Part shown: positions 13,401 to 25,620 of the stretch, in pieces | How the letters are laid out: each line of letters starts with the position of its first letter | How positions within the stretch are numbered: the stretch's first letter is position 1 | Assembly (NCBI GenBank): GCA_040954595.2 | Contig: CM082578.2 | Location: 11,601,166-11,665,165, forward strand | Length of the DNA stretch: 64,000 nucleotides | Direction: 5' to 3' | Source of the DNA: Balanoglossus misakiensis | Lineage: Eukaryota > Animalia > Hemichordata | Notes under the pieces: model-generated | Database searches by the model: none | What the model was told of the DNA's origin: nothing | What the model saw: the letters and a program-made list of their open reading frames with translations, nothing else | Made by a program: the position numbers and the translations under genes

Positions 13401-16400
13401 TTCGGGTTATTATTCTGAACATGTAGCAATCGAATTCGTTTCTGAAAGCATCACGGAAATGCCATCATGGTTTGTGTCGGCAGGTACGTGTATATATGTA
13501 GGGGAAAAGTGCATATACTGTGAAGTATGGAAGTTGCACGTACTGATCAACGCGTTTAATGATAGCTTTAGAAATGGGGATAATCTGCGTGACGAGTTGG
13601 ATACTGCAGTCATTGTTCAAAATGCGCAAATCGCCAAAGCACCGTCTGACTCACATTCCCCTCTTTGGCAAAAGTCAGAAATGAAATTCTTATCGACGTT
13701 AGGTGTCGTTAACGTCCCGTAAATGCTACTTACTGGCTGACTTCGATACTTAAGGTGAACGTATACAAGGGTCTAAGTATGCGACTGTCTGTTGCATTTT
13801 CCATGCGACGTCGTCAATTGCACCACGCAATCAATACCCCGATGAGATGTTACACATCTAATAGATGTTTCACTGAATTAACACCTTAACGTAACTACTT
13901 AATGAAGGTAGTGAGGTTCGCGTGGATGTTTTATCAACGCTCTGAAGAAATTCTTTTCCTATACATACCAATCCCTGTTCATGATCTTTAAACGTGAGAA
14001 CACGGTCGCGAAAAATGACAGAGACGCCGAAAACCTGGTACTCGTCTTTGAAAAAAGTACTTAATTTTTGGACGGAATAACCATAATAACCATATTAAGC
14101 TACATGTACGTAGGCGTAACTATAATAATACCACCTGAATGTGGAACGGACGGCGAGAAAAAGAGTTTATTTGGTCGCGGACAATACTGGGCATCCTGCT
14201 ACAAGAGTCTTTTCTCTTTAAAATAGGATGAAGTGTCAGACTGCACCGGGGTTCTGATATTGTTCGAATAATCCTTATGACTCCGGATCTTTTCTAATAC
14301 ACAAAGTTTCTGAATGTCAGAAGGCTGGTTTATTGGCTTCGCGTAGGCGTGCCTTCCAGGTAAATTCAGTAATTACACCTTTAAGAAACGGGGACACATG
14401 GACGAGGTAAAAAAAAACCACAAGTCTCCTGCAGACGAAATACCGCGCAATTCCTTATCTTCCGGGACCTTTACAGGAGATTGTTGAGCCCTCTCATGTC
14501 GTCCCACGCTGATTATGAAACGAGATCCGTATCCCCCCCTCCCCACAAGTGTATAGGCGGTGTAACTCCGTGGTGATTCCCACGACTGAGATGAAATATC
14601 ATAAGAGAATAAACACTCGTTTGGGTCTTTCCACATTCCCCTCGTAAGTGATATCGATTCCAGTTCTTGCAGCATCATAAGAATATACTTCTCTGCCCCC
14701 CCCCCCCCCGAAGTTTTGTTTCGAAGAACGGTAACGTGATTAGCGAGTGAATGTACAGTTATGTAGAGAAATGTTACCGTATAGCAATTCCACTAATTAT
14801 GTAGACCTTTATCCAAATGATATGGGGTATACATGTAGTTGAAATGAAGATGCATGCCACTCCGTTTACCATTTTCCTCACGACCCAATGACGAGGGGAT
14901 AATTGTGATAACATAGCACGGAGAGGCTTCTTTCATTGAATTTCACAAATGCTAAATATAATTTCCAAATTCTTCAAAATGATTACATGCAAGTGCTATA
15001 GTATATCATTTTTTCTGCGTCTTCGTAATAGCCAGGCAGATCGAATGATTTTCTTGACAAATCCTGTTGAATATTTTGAGAGGGGCTCCCGATCCGTCTT
15101 CGCAATCGCCTGAAGTCCTCATGGGTAAGACGGAAATCCCGTTTTAACAAGGCGGCACCAAATCGTATTTTCCGTGCATGTGTGGCATTGTAGGGAAATG
15201 TAGACCTTATAACGTAATTGTTCAAATTCTCTCAGTTCAGACCGAGGCAACGACAACCCGACTTGCAAAAGTATTAACACACGTACTTGAGAAGATTAAA
15301 ATTTAAGACGGTGTTACCGGCGGGGTAAATGTTGACACGGCGTCGCAAAGGATAAACCGTACTCTCCAAGATCTACAGTCTCCTTCGTCAGGAGGAGTAA
15401 ATGCCAAAGCTTCAAATGTTGAATGAACTCCAAAGAAAGCAAATCTAGAGAAAAGGGGTTCTTTTCAGAAAAGTTGCACTCTCCTTATTATTCCTGTTGG
15501 CACGTATCCTATTAAGCGATTCGGATTTCACGACAGTTAAATGTCGTTTCGAGTAAGTTTATTTCGTATACTTAATGACGCGCTCGATACTCCACACGAA
15601 GGGTAATAGATTGTTCATAAATTGGACTCGCTCTGAGATAGGTTGTTTAATACATCATGTACGGAATTTTGTAATGTCAATATATTTCAAAGAAATTTAT
15701 GAAAACCAAACACGCTTTAAGATCAAATATATCAAAAATGGTCCAAGTGACCTTAGGTGACCTTATGTTCCCTTTGAAATAAAAGATCGGTTGTGATGTC
15801 CATGCTATAAAAAATCTCTGGCTGGATAGGCGCCACGATTACCTATCTCCACATCGCTTGATGAGCGTTTTACGTTACTTGCATATCTATCATTATCTGT
15901 TTTCACACATAAAGCTATAGGCCATTATCTATTGACACTCTCAAAGCCTTCCAGGGCTCACATTGTTGAAGATTGGCAATAAGCGTCGAATACGGGGCCC
16001 GGGTTTGTTAGTGCTTTGAACCTTGGAGTAAGCTTATGAGCGTTCCCGACGGAATGATAGCGCTTGAATATCCACACATTCATGCCACACGTAAAAAAAC
16101 AACGTTAAGAAAATGCACTGTGTTCCAAAAGGGGAAAGCGTTCTCGAACATTTACATCGTGCAAATGTTGTCGCAAAAGGCGAAGAAAATGCTAAAGAAT
16201 AGTCTTGGAGCTACATGTATGCTTCAAAACCAAACTGTTTGTTGGATTAAGTGCCCTGGGCGTGAAATTATGGCGCTGAATGAGCTGAACGACAAGGGAA
16301 TACAAACAGCAATGTTTTCGTCATATATAATATTCATATTTCACTGGTGAAAATGTTACTCCCTTCCCACATTGCATTGAAAAACCTTCCTTAGAACATC

Positions 16401-19400
16401 TCTAAAGAAATGTAGAACAACATTTCGAGATTGGCTTAAAAACTTCTTCCGTCTTGATTACCACTGCTGTTACGTATACGAACAGGTCACCCATAGGTCA
16501 TTCTAAGATATACCGTAGACAATGCAAAATATAATACTGTCTATGTTCATGTGTGTTTCCGAGACAGGGATGAAAATCAACTGGAATCATACAAAAAACG
16601 TTGTGTGCCACTGAGAATACGGACGTCAATTATTTCAAATGGAAAATATTAGTAAGCCCTTGTGATTGGTTTTAAAATCAGAAATTGCCTGGCGGAGTCG
16701 GTCGTCACGTAGATTTCCATTCGTTTTTTTGACACGCGACTGGCATTTCATCTCCCGAAGTGAACGGTGCATTAAGAATATTAAGGTTGAAATCAGTCAT
16801 GGACGGCGGGTTAGGTCTTGCACTGACAAACTACGTTTATCAGGGGACATTCATGCAATATCGACGCATAGATCTCTGCAGCATCTTTCACGTGTGCACA
16901 TTTGACATTCAGTGTTGTTATGGATTAATTTTGATATAAATACGTTTGTCTGAACGCGGAGACAGGCAAAATTAGTTTTTACGCGTCGATTGCTTCGCTT
17001 CCTCTGGAACGCCGCGAACGAACTAAGAAGCGCTCTCATGTTTAAATATCAAAGTGTATTTATGATCTGAATGGAAAAGGGGGAATCTTTTCAACCCGAT
17101 GAGCAAGGCACGTTCGTTATTCAAGCTAGGCGTGTTTAACACCGGGGCACGTACACCAACAAGGGCTGGCATTCATTGAACGCTAACGGGTCACATTAGT
17201 GTCAATTCAAATTCCCTGTCAACAGACAGACTAAGTTCTGTGAAGTACTGAGAAGAATGCTTTCGCCTCTCGGGGGAAAAATCTCATGTCACGTCTTTGG
17301 ATCTTCAGCTAGCTCTACTCATGAACAGGCTGAAGAACGCCACATTAGAACTAAAGTGAATCTTGAAATTGTCTTATATTTTCATAGTACAATATTTGTT
17401 GTAATATAAATATAATAACATAATATTGTAATATGAATGTGATAAAATAATTATTCATGAATCAATACTAGCAGCATATACCTGTTTCAGTAGATTTGTA
17501 GGAAAACGAAGAGGTTTCATCAAAACATTTCTGTGGTGTTCTTTATGTAAATATAGCATATTTTATGGCAGGTTTCGCTGTAAATTTCTTCCGGATACCC
17601 AAATGCACATATGTACGTATTGGAATGAAAACCAATTTTTCTCGAATATTCAGATCAACGTCACCGATTCTCCCAAGAAAATTATTATACTCACGGGGAC
17701 ATTTTATGATGAACTTCGTTACAAGATTCTTCAGACCCGGAAATAATAGCAATGCCATGCATATTTTATGAAGTTGAAGGGTAAATGATGTTCTATGTGT
17801 ACTCAGATGTGTACTGTTCGTTTAAATATAACACCCATAGGACACTCCAATGATTTCCATGACAGATCTTAATTAAGGCTAATCGGGTTCGCTTTAAGCG
17901 TTGCTGTAAAAATGCCGTCGGTTTAAGTTAGTGGAGGAGCGCTTCACCGCTTTGCGTGCACAGCATATTATAAGCATTCCACAATCTGTAACACTTGCAC
18001 GTGTTTTCATAAATGTTTGATTATATGGAGCCTACTAAAAAAAACGGCAGCGAAGAGTGCTAAATTTGTAACACGCACTGGCATTTTCAGATGCCTAAAT
18101 CTGCACTACTCAATCAAGCTTGCATAATAAAACATTGGCTAAAACGCCTTGCAATATCAAAGCGTCATTGACATAATTGATGTCTTCATCAGATTGTATA
18201 TTCGTTCAGATATATTTATGGCGAGTACTTTTATGGCGTGTTGGTGTCAAATAATACTATTTTCTCTGTTGGCTGCACGATAACTATTATCTATGTCAAG
18301 AGCTTTGTGAACTTAAGGTGTTCTATATCTCACACTTGCGCCAATTTCATTTTCCTCAAATACCAACGATTGCGGTCAAGCCAGTAAGATATCTGATTGT
18401 TTTTCAATCAAATGCCTATTACCACCAACAGTGATGACGTCTGCTCTGCATGGTTAAACATCAACCATTACCATGTCCTAGTTTCTATCAGCTTTTGAGA
18501 ACATTGTTCACAAAGCCATGCCGGTTCATTTGATCGTCCCTTAAGCAATGGAAACATGTAACAGGGATTTTACATTTATCGACGGGTTAATACTGAACAA
18601 AATTACTAGGAGAGCACTTCCATCCGACCGTAATTACAAACGATTAAAATATCCATAAGGATTTAGCTCGGACCAGATGTTACGAAATCGCAAAATCCCC
18701 CATACAAATGATTCAATCCCAAGAGATTGCAAAGCGCAATACAACATTGCAAGGACGTACAGACACACACGAATAAACAAACGCATTCAACACCAAAGTT
18801 CCACACCCAGGGTACTTAATTCACAGCCGTACAATACCCAGTGTAAATACACCTAAGGATTATTAGTTGCTCGAACTTACAAAAACACAAGATTTTTCAT
18901 TCGTGTTTTTTTGGAACGATGTGCTTCACGTATTTGATAATGACCTCCTTCCACCAGCATTTCACCAACAAACCATAAGATATATAGGATGGCGTTAATT
19001 ACGTAGTAGTCAGACAACTTTTGGGACTGTCGCATTCTATCTTATTTCTCTGCCAATAAGTGTCATTGTCACAGCTCTCAATACTGCGTGTCTGAACAGA
19101 GAAGTGGCAGTAGGGTACTTCTCTAAAGGTTACAATTACACCTTCTGTCTTCGCTGGCCGCGTATAGCTGTGATTTCTAAAACGCTGTTTTTAAATGACT
19201 CGGCATTATAGGCAAAGCCAGAATGAAGGTACGTACGTGCGTGGATTGCAAATTTCTGGAAAGGCACGTTCGCCGCTACTCCGCCACAGATTTTGACAGT
19301 GCCAATCCTGGTGTACCTGGTTAACTACATGTAACTCATAAATCGTGCCTTGCTTTGATAAATTCTGTGCACGGATAAGTAGCTAAATCAGGGTAGTCTT

Positions 19401-20288
19401 GCCCCAGGGAACATTCGGGATAGCTTCTTTAATAGTGTGGATCTAATCGGCGTACCGACTACCTTAGCAAAAGCGTGCTGAAATTACAGAGGCACAATTC
19501 GTCAGTGTCATTTTGATCGTCTGCTTTACATCAACCTTGATTATTACTTTACTGCAACCGCCGTGTTTTCAGCATGCGAGACTAGATTAAAACGACGCGC
19601 GAACGACAATATGTGAAGACACAGCGATAGTATATAGATCACGTCTCCTCCAAAGTTCATTAGTACGCAAGAGACGTTTGCCAGTGAAAGGGATACCTCA
19701 GCGACCAGTTGCCGAAGTATAAGTACAGGTAATGCCAACAGCTGCTTTCGAGGTCGCCTGAGCTAGCTTTGCGGGAGCGAGGAGGCGAACAGTCTCCGGG
19801 GCAACATGAAATATGCGTGGGCATGTTTTGTTCAACCACCGCAGAGATCTCCAGCGCGGTTTTCGTGGGGTCAATCCAACATTTATCCCGGATGTGTAGG
19901 AAAGCGAACTAGATATCGAAGAATACACGAATCTGCAATTCTCTACCTCTTGGAAGCTTGATTTAGAGGAAGTTGGTTAAAAAAAATAAGAAAGCAAAAA
20001 ACACTTTATACACGGTGCGCATTTTAATGAATTGATTACACTCGTACACTAAATATCATGAGATTGAGAAAACATCACGGTTCAAAGGTCACAGTCTTCA
20101 GTATCCCGACACAAGGATTTTGTCTTCTATACCTGTCCTGGATAACGGTGGCACGTGGTGTTTCTCGTCCCCGTAATCGATATTATCGGAGCACGACGAT
20201 ACATTTGTGTTCATAGATTTCAATTTGTTTGCCAACACATCGTCAGAATGAAACATCACTGCTCTGCTTCCGCCGCTCAGGTTGGCTG

Positions 20289-20337
20289 CCGGAAGTAGGC
20301 TTTACAATGTATCGGTACGCCGCGTTGCTAGGCAACG
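20289..20337. promoter_or_regulatory. Promoter/enhancer-like motif pair: ETS site CCGGAAGT and RFX X-box GTTGCTAGGCAAC
   Basis: CCGGAAGT at 20289-20296 and the near-palindrome CGTTGCTAGGCAACG at 20323-20337, in a CpG-containing patch. Motif match only. Confidence 0.35.
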
Positions 20338-21719
20338 TCATGGAAAATACGTATAACGTATATGCTTGTGTTCTTAGTATTAGTGGAATCGTTATCTTTT
20401 TTCTGTGTGATTACGAATCGTGACCAAAGCCAATTTCTACAGCAAGTAATGTCGCATGCATATTCGATTCGGGGAGTAATACTAATAGAAGAGTTAAGGG
20501 GCGTAGTAATTACTTACCAGTAAGGTTATATTGGTTGTGTCAAACTTAATATCGCGAGATATTTACGATAGCATTATCCTCATCAAATCGTCATCAAAAG
20601 TGCATTATTACAAATCGCTGGAAGGTGCATTCATTTATTGACCTACATCTGTTGACATTGCACTTTTCGTGGAAAAGGCAGCTGTTTTATATGCAATCTG
20701 CATTTAGAGAGGAATCAATAGACATTGCGTTTCATTTGCAATATATGTGAAAAGACACTAATTTTGTAGCTCATTTTGTACAAGGGCCCTCTTTTGTGAA
20801 GGAATTGATTTGCTTAACATGGTGGATTTAGCTGTTTCTCAGAATTTTCTCCGCAAGATGGGCTTATAAGAATTACTGTTAACAGTTACCGAAACTTATA
20901 TATTTACATAACCTGTTGTTCGCACACTGTTTCCGGTACATGTCAATAGTTTACAGAAAATCTTCGCCATTAAGATTACATGTTAAACATCTTAACTTCT
21001 TGGTATTTCTAATCTCGTCTGAGCGCAACAGGCTGTTTTCTCGGTCACTTCTAATCCCGCGCTTTTATCTAATCGTGTCCTAGACGGATGTCGCATCGTG
21101 GCTGGAATCACAAGGGACGGGATTTCACTAAAATGAATCGCTAAATCTGACAAAGTTAACAATGTAAGAAACCTGACACTAAAGGTCACCCCATGTGTAT
21201 CAATAGCCTTTATATTGTGCAGGTATAAGAGAATGAACAACGAGCATCTTTCTCAGTTGAAAGCTATTGGACAACATCTGGTGCGTGTTCCTTGGGGTTT
21301 GACCACAGGATTCACCATAAGTAATACATGATGGATTCGATCTACAATTATTTTTCACTAAACGTTACATGCTGATCAATCTCTGTACTTGTTTTTTCGT
21401 CTGCCTCCTCGTACTGTCTTATCAGTTGACAAGACAGGATGATCCCTGCTTAATGGTCCCTGCTAATAACTTAATCTGTTTACCCCATCCGCGGATTAAC
21501 TTGATAAAGTAAACATCGGTCAACCGGTGTAGGGTACAACAAAAGTCTCTTATACTGTCTATCATGAAATAGATTGTCTGCGTCCAACTCATTTTTTGAA
21601 TGCACGTGAATATATTGTTGGCTGGTTAATCATATTTTCAATGATATGCTTTTTGTATTGTGTTACAACTAAGGCATTGATAAATGTGTAATGTCATACC
21701 CGAGGACACATTCAAAGCT

Positions 21720-21990
21720 TTCAGCCTATCAATTCGGAATGTTACTTGACAAACATGGAAAGCCTGTGATTTCTCAATCGAAATCCGCCCTTTTGTCACA
21801 CAGCTTAGTAAATAATGTATTTTGTTTAACTTTGAAAAAAAGATCACGATACTGTCTAGACACTTTCTGTTGCATCTTTAATGTCCAAATCATATCAGTT
21901 AGATGGATCAATAGATCTACCAGGCACAAATCTGGATGAAAAATGAATTAATTACAAATGGCGATGGATTCTGAAATGTCCCCTACTCAG
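21720..21990 (-). mobile_element. Fossil Penelope-like retroelement (PLE) reverse-transcriptase fragment
   Basis: Minus-strand translation with stops and frameshifts: DLDIKDATESV*T..YRDLFFKVKQNTLFTKLCDKRADFD*EITGFPCLSSNIPN. This is collinear with the PLE RT C-terminal consensus ELEIKDTT..SASYLDL....L.TKLYDKRDDFNF.IVNFP.L.SNIP. Boundaries are approximate and may extend to ~22.4 kb. Confidence 0.75.
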
Positions 21991-24900
21991 AGAAGTTTGA
22001 AAGTATGTTTTGTTACTCTCGTCTGCATTAATGTTCAGTTCATCCATCAAACACAGAATGCTGTTCTGCTTTCAGACAAAACAATGATGTTATTGAAAGC
22101 ATTGCCTGCAGGCACAACAACGTGCTTATCACGATGCATCTAGTTGCTTTAAGCATTCCACGTAAGGAATGGTCATATCATATGCAGATGAAGTGTTGTC
22201 AGCATGATGTGAAGAACGAAGATGTACAATGCGTGATCTTACTTTATATCTGGTTGCACACAGCCAGTTTTCATCTGTTAGAGCAGAACACCTCTTTGCA
22301 TAAGATTCGAAAGTCTTCTAAACAATGAGTCACTTTAGCTTGATGTTGTTTTAAATTTAGCATGCTTCCTTGGGAACTCTGTTCTTGGTTAGTGCACTGT
22401 CGACATGGTTTTGTTTCGTTTCATCTTTACAGGTTAGAGAATGACTGTTTCGTGTTACTTCGAAAAGTATGACTTCGGTAGTATCTTCAGACCGTGACCT
22501 TTTTGACCTTTTCGCGGCAATTTCAAACATGCTAATTTAGAATGGCGATTCGCATTACCAAGGTAGAATTGTGGGTATTTTTAAAGTGCTGTGACCATGA
22601 CGTATGAAGCAGCACGTTGTTATTTGAATGAAGAACCACAGGATGCAGCTTTTTGCAGAGGAGTAGGTCAAGATACGTAGCCAGAAGCGGGGTTATTCAA
22701 AGCTTGATTAAAGGTCTTCGCTAGTAGGGTATCATGCGAGATCCAGTGGTGAACTGAAATAGTGCATATTCCTTGAAAATGAACCGACACTGGCTAATTT
22801 CTGGATGGGAGGACAGTTCTGGCTGTCTCTCGTGTTCTGGTCGCGCTGAAGCTGTATAATGGATATAGCGAGTAATCCATACGGAGTGAGATGAACCTGC
22901 ACTAATCCAATTTTACGTGATTAGGGAATAGGTTTTGACGCACTTCCTCTTTTACGAGATAGTGATGGCTATAAAACTCGGGCAGCAAAGATGGTTTACT
23001 GGTCATCTTGTTGTGCTACCGCGCGAATAATTAAATATACCACCAACATGTTGATGTTATCGTCACCTTCTGCGCAACACTTCAACTTGAAACTAAGCCA
23101 TGGCGATCATGCATGAATTAGCGACAACACACCAGATTAATTGCACGTTGTCCAGGCAACTGAACGGTCACCTATACATGTAGGTGTGGTCAGAGCCTCG
23201 TTCTAGATTTGCCCTACATTTACCAAATCAGGTAAAATGCGTCACGCGCGCAACTTTGCTTTAAGTTTCATACAGCGAGTTTCCGAACTGTTATAGGTAT
23301 ATAAAATGTCCAGCACCAAACATCAGACATGGATATTTTTCATACAAAAGTCACACAAGGACAAAACTCTATGCAAATTACAAACAATTACTAAAGGGGG
23401 TATTTGCGTTCGCGCATGCCCAACACGAGATCGGGTAGCGGGATTACGAACCCGACATAACTGGCACTTTGACTGCGTCATCACGTGTGACCTGGTTCCT
23501 TTTTTTCGTGTTTCAAAACGACTGTTTATGGCTGTTTTAATCTGTTTTGGGGGTTAGCAAAACATGTATTTAACAGTCTTGCACGCGAAAAACAGATACG
23601 CGACAAGAATCTTCACAGTTACTACAAAATGTATATGTCGCTTTAATCACTTGTTACGATCGCGTGTCTTGTTCCCGGCTGGAGACGGAATTCCCCCCCC
23701 CCCCCCACCCAACTTCGAGCGGGAACATTTGATGAATTGCATTCATGATATTATGGGCAATTTTACTGCTTCGCATTACATACCGATATGGAGTACATTT
23801 CTGGAGGTGCACGTTTTTGTTTTCAACAAAAATCCACTCAAATTACAACTGTGACGTACATGTATTACCTGTATGAACTGTGATTAAATCTACAGGCTTC
23901 CCTCCTTGTTGTAACGATGATGATGCACGACACAGGATGGTAATGCGACACCTACATGTACATGTATGCAGTCTTTATTCATCATATATACTAAGGTTCT
24001 AGGTTGATTCTAGATTAAAATTAGGACTGTGTTACGCCATTTTGTTCACCGAAGATCATTTCAGAGGCCATGGTTCAATATTTGGATGGCGTCTTTATTT
24101 TGCCGTGTCTTTGCTTGCGACTGAGCTACGTATGTTGGAGTCAGTCTCATCCCAGTCTGTCTGCATGTCTCTCTTTCTCTCTGTCAGTGTCTGTCTGTCT
24201 GTCTCCCCCACCCACTTTTGACTTATAGGTTCCAAATGACCCCCACTTAACTTAGTACCTCCAAACATGACCGAAGCACCGGTCCACATCAGTTAAGATG
24301 GCCGACCCCTCCACACTGAAGTTATAGAATTGGCCGACCACTTAATGCAACATTAGTATTGTCTGAGTGTGTCCGGCTCCTACGTTCGCTATTCGATATC
24401 GACCTCTGAAGCAATATTCGACCCCACTTCATTAAAAAGCAAACATGGAATCACGAAAACAGGAAGAGCCGTGGGCTAAAACCTACCTGCACGGCAGCCA
24501 TAATCGCTGTGTGTGCAAGTGATTATAGAAAAAAACGTATTCGGGGTCAAAATATGAGAATGACGAAAGACTCTATGCACTTTCATTTTCTTTCCTGAAA
24601 GGGCTCTTTTTTCCATGTCTGTGTCCTGGAGTTGAAATATGACCTGAACTCAAGATCACTCCATGAATACTGAAATAAGGAAAATATTTGTCAAAAGCAC
24701 AACATGATATCGATTTTGTAGACATGTTCTATGGCTGTGAAAGTCCTTCTTCCTGCCAATTACTCTTGCATGTATTGAATATCCTGGTTAGCGGTTATCG
24801 TATATCATAAAAGAGGGACGCCAACTGTGTGGCTGTACTTAGAGGTCGGCGTTCGTCTTATGCTCATGTGCCAAACCAGAGACTCTTGGATACAAAAACT

Positions 24901-25235
24901 GTTTACAGTCAATGCCACAAGGCAGTGTGCTGTCCTAACAACAGACAAGATGGCGGTGACCATTCAGCAGTAGTGTCATGATACATGTATGTATGTATGT
25001 ACTCGAACGTCGGCCATATTGGAACCTTCTTCACTCATTTGCATGCGTATTGTTCAGCGCTTACTATATACTATAAGTTACCGGCCACAGTGGGGGTGCC
25101 TGCGTAAAAAAACTGTGAAAGTTCAATACAATAAAAACTTCATATAATCATTTCAAAACTAAAATTCACTTTTCTTTTGTGATTGTTGTTGACTCACTAC
25201 CCGTGTTCTTGTCACGATAGTTTTTGCCCCACGAT

Positions 25236-25620
25236 TGAGCCAATATTTATACCAACCACAAGCAAGTCGCCATTAAGAACAGTGACATTGTAAGATCGCC
25301 GTCGCATTTCACTGTCCTCTGCAATCAAATTTCAGCAGAAATAGACTAAGTGATGCTGACAGGCTTGTAACTGCTTTCTTCGTGGCTTGTTTAACCGTAT
25401 AACAAGATTGTTAGTTATGTCGTCTCAAGTAGCCAGTCCATTTGTTAACAGAAACGGTTTACTATAAACGAACCAGTTAATCCACTTATCTATACACGGA
25501 GTATCTTTACAGTAAACTGCCCATGGGAAGACAATCGCAAGGTAATACACAGTCTGAAATGTAACACTTTATTTGGATTATGGGGAAAAGTTTACATCTA
25601 TCATCACATAGCCTAAAAGA
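25236..25620 (-). mobile_element. Possible highly decayed DIRS/Ngaro-type RT fragment
   Basis: Minus strand: CLPMGS (25533-25516); ~85 bp later TACTTGAGACGAC (YLDD with a 1-nt insertion, 25431-25419); then a frameshifted WLGINIGS-like motif (25258-25236). Motif order fits RT, but two motifs need frameshift repair. Confidence 0.3.

Noticed and set aside
18270-18330. DNYYLCQELCEL, resembling the piggyBac DN(Y/F)(Y/F)TS motif
   Set aside because: A single short motif with no neighbouring transposase motifs.
19697-19932. GC-richer minus-strand segment bounded by CAG and GTATCC, a possible exon
   Set aside because: No polypyrimidine tract at the acceptor and no recognisable protein in any frame.
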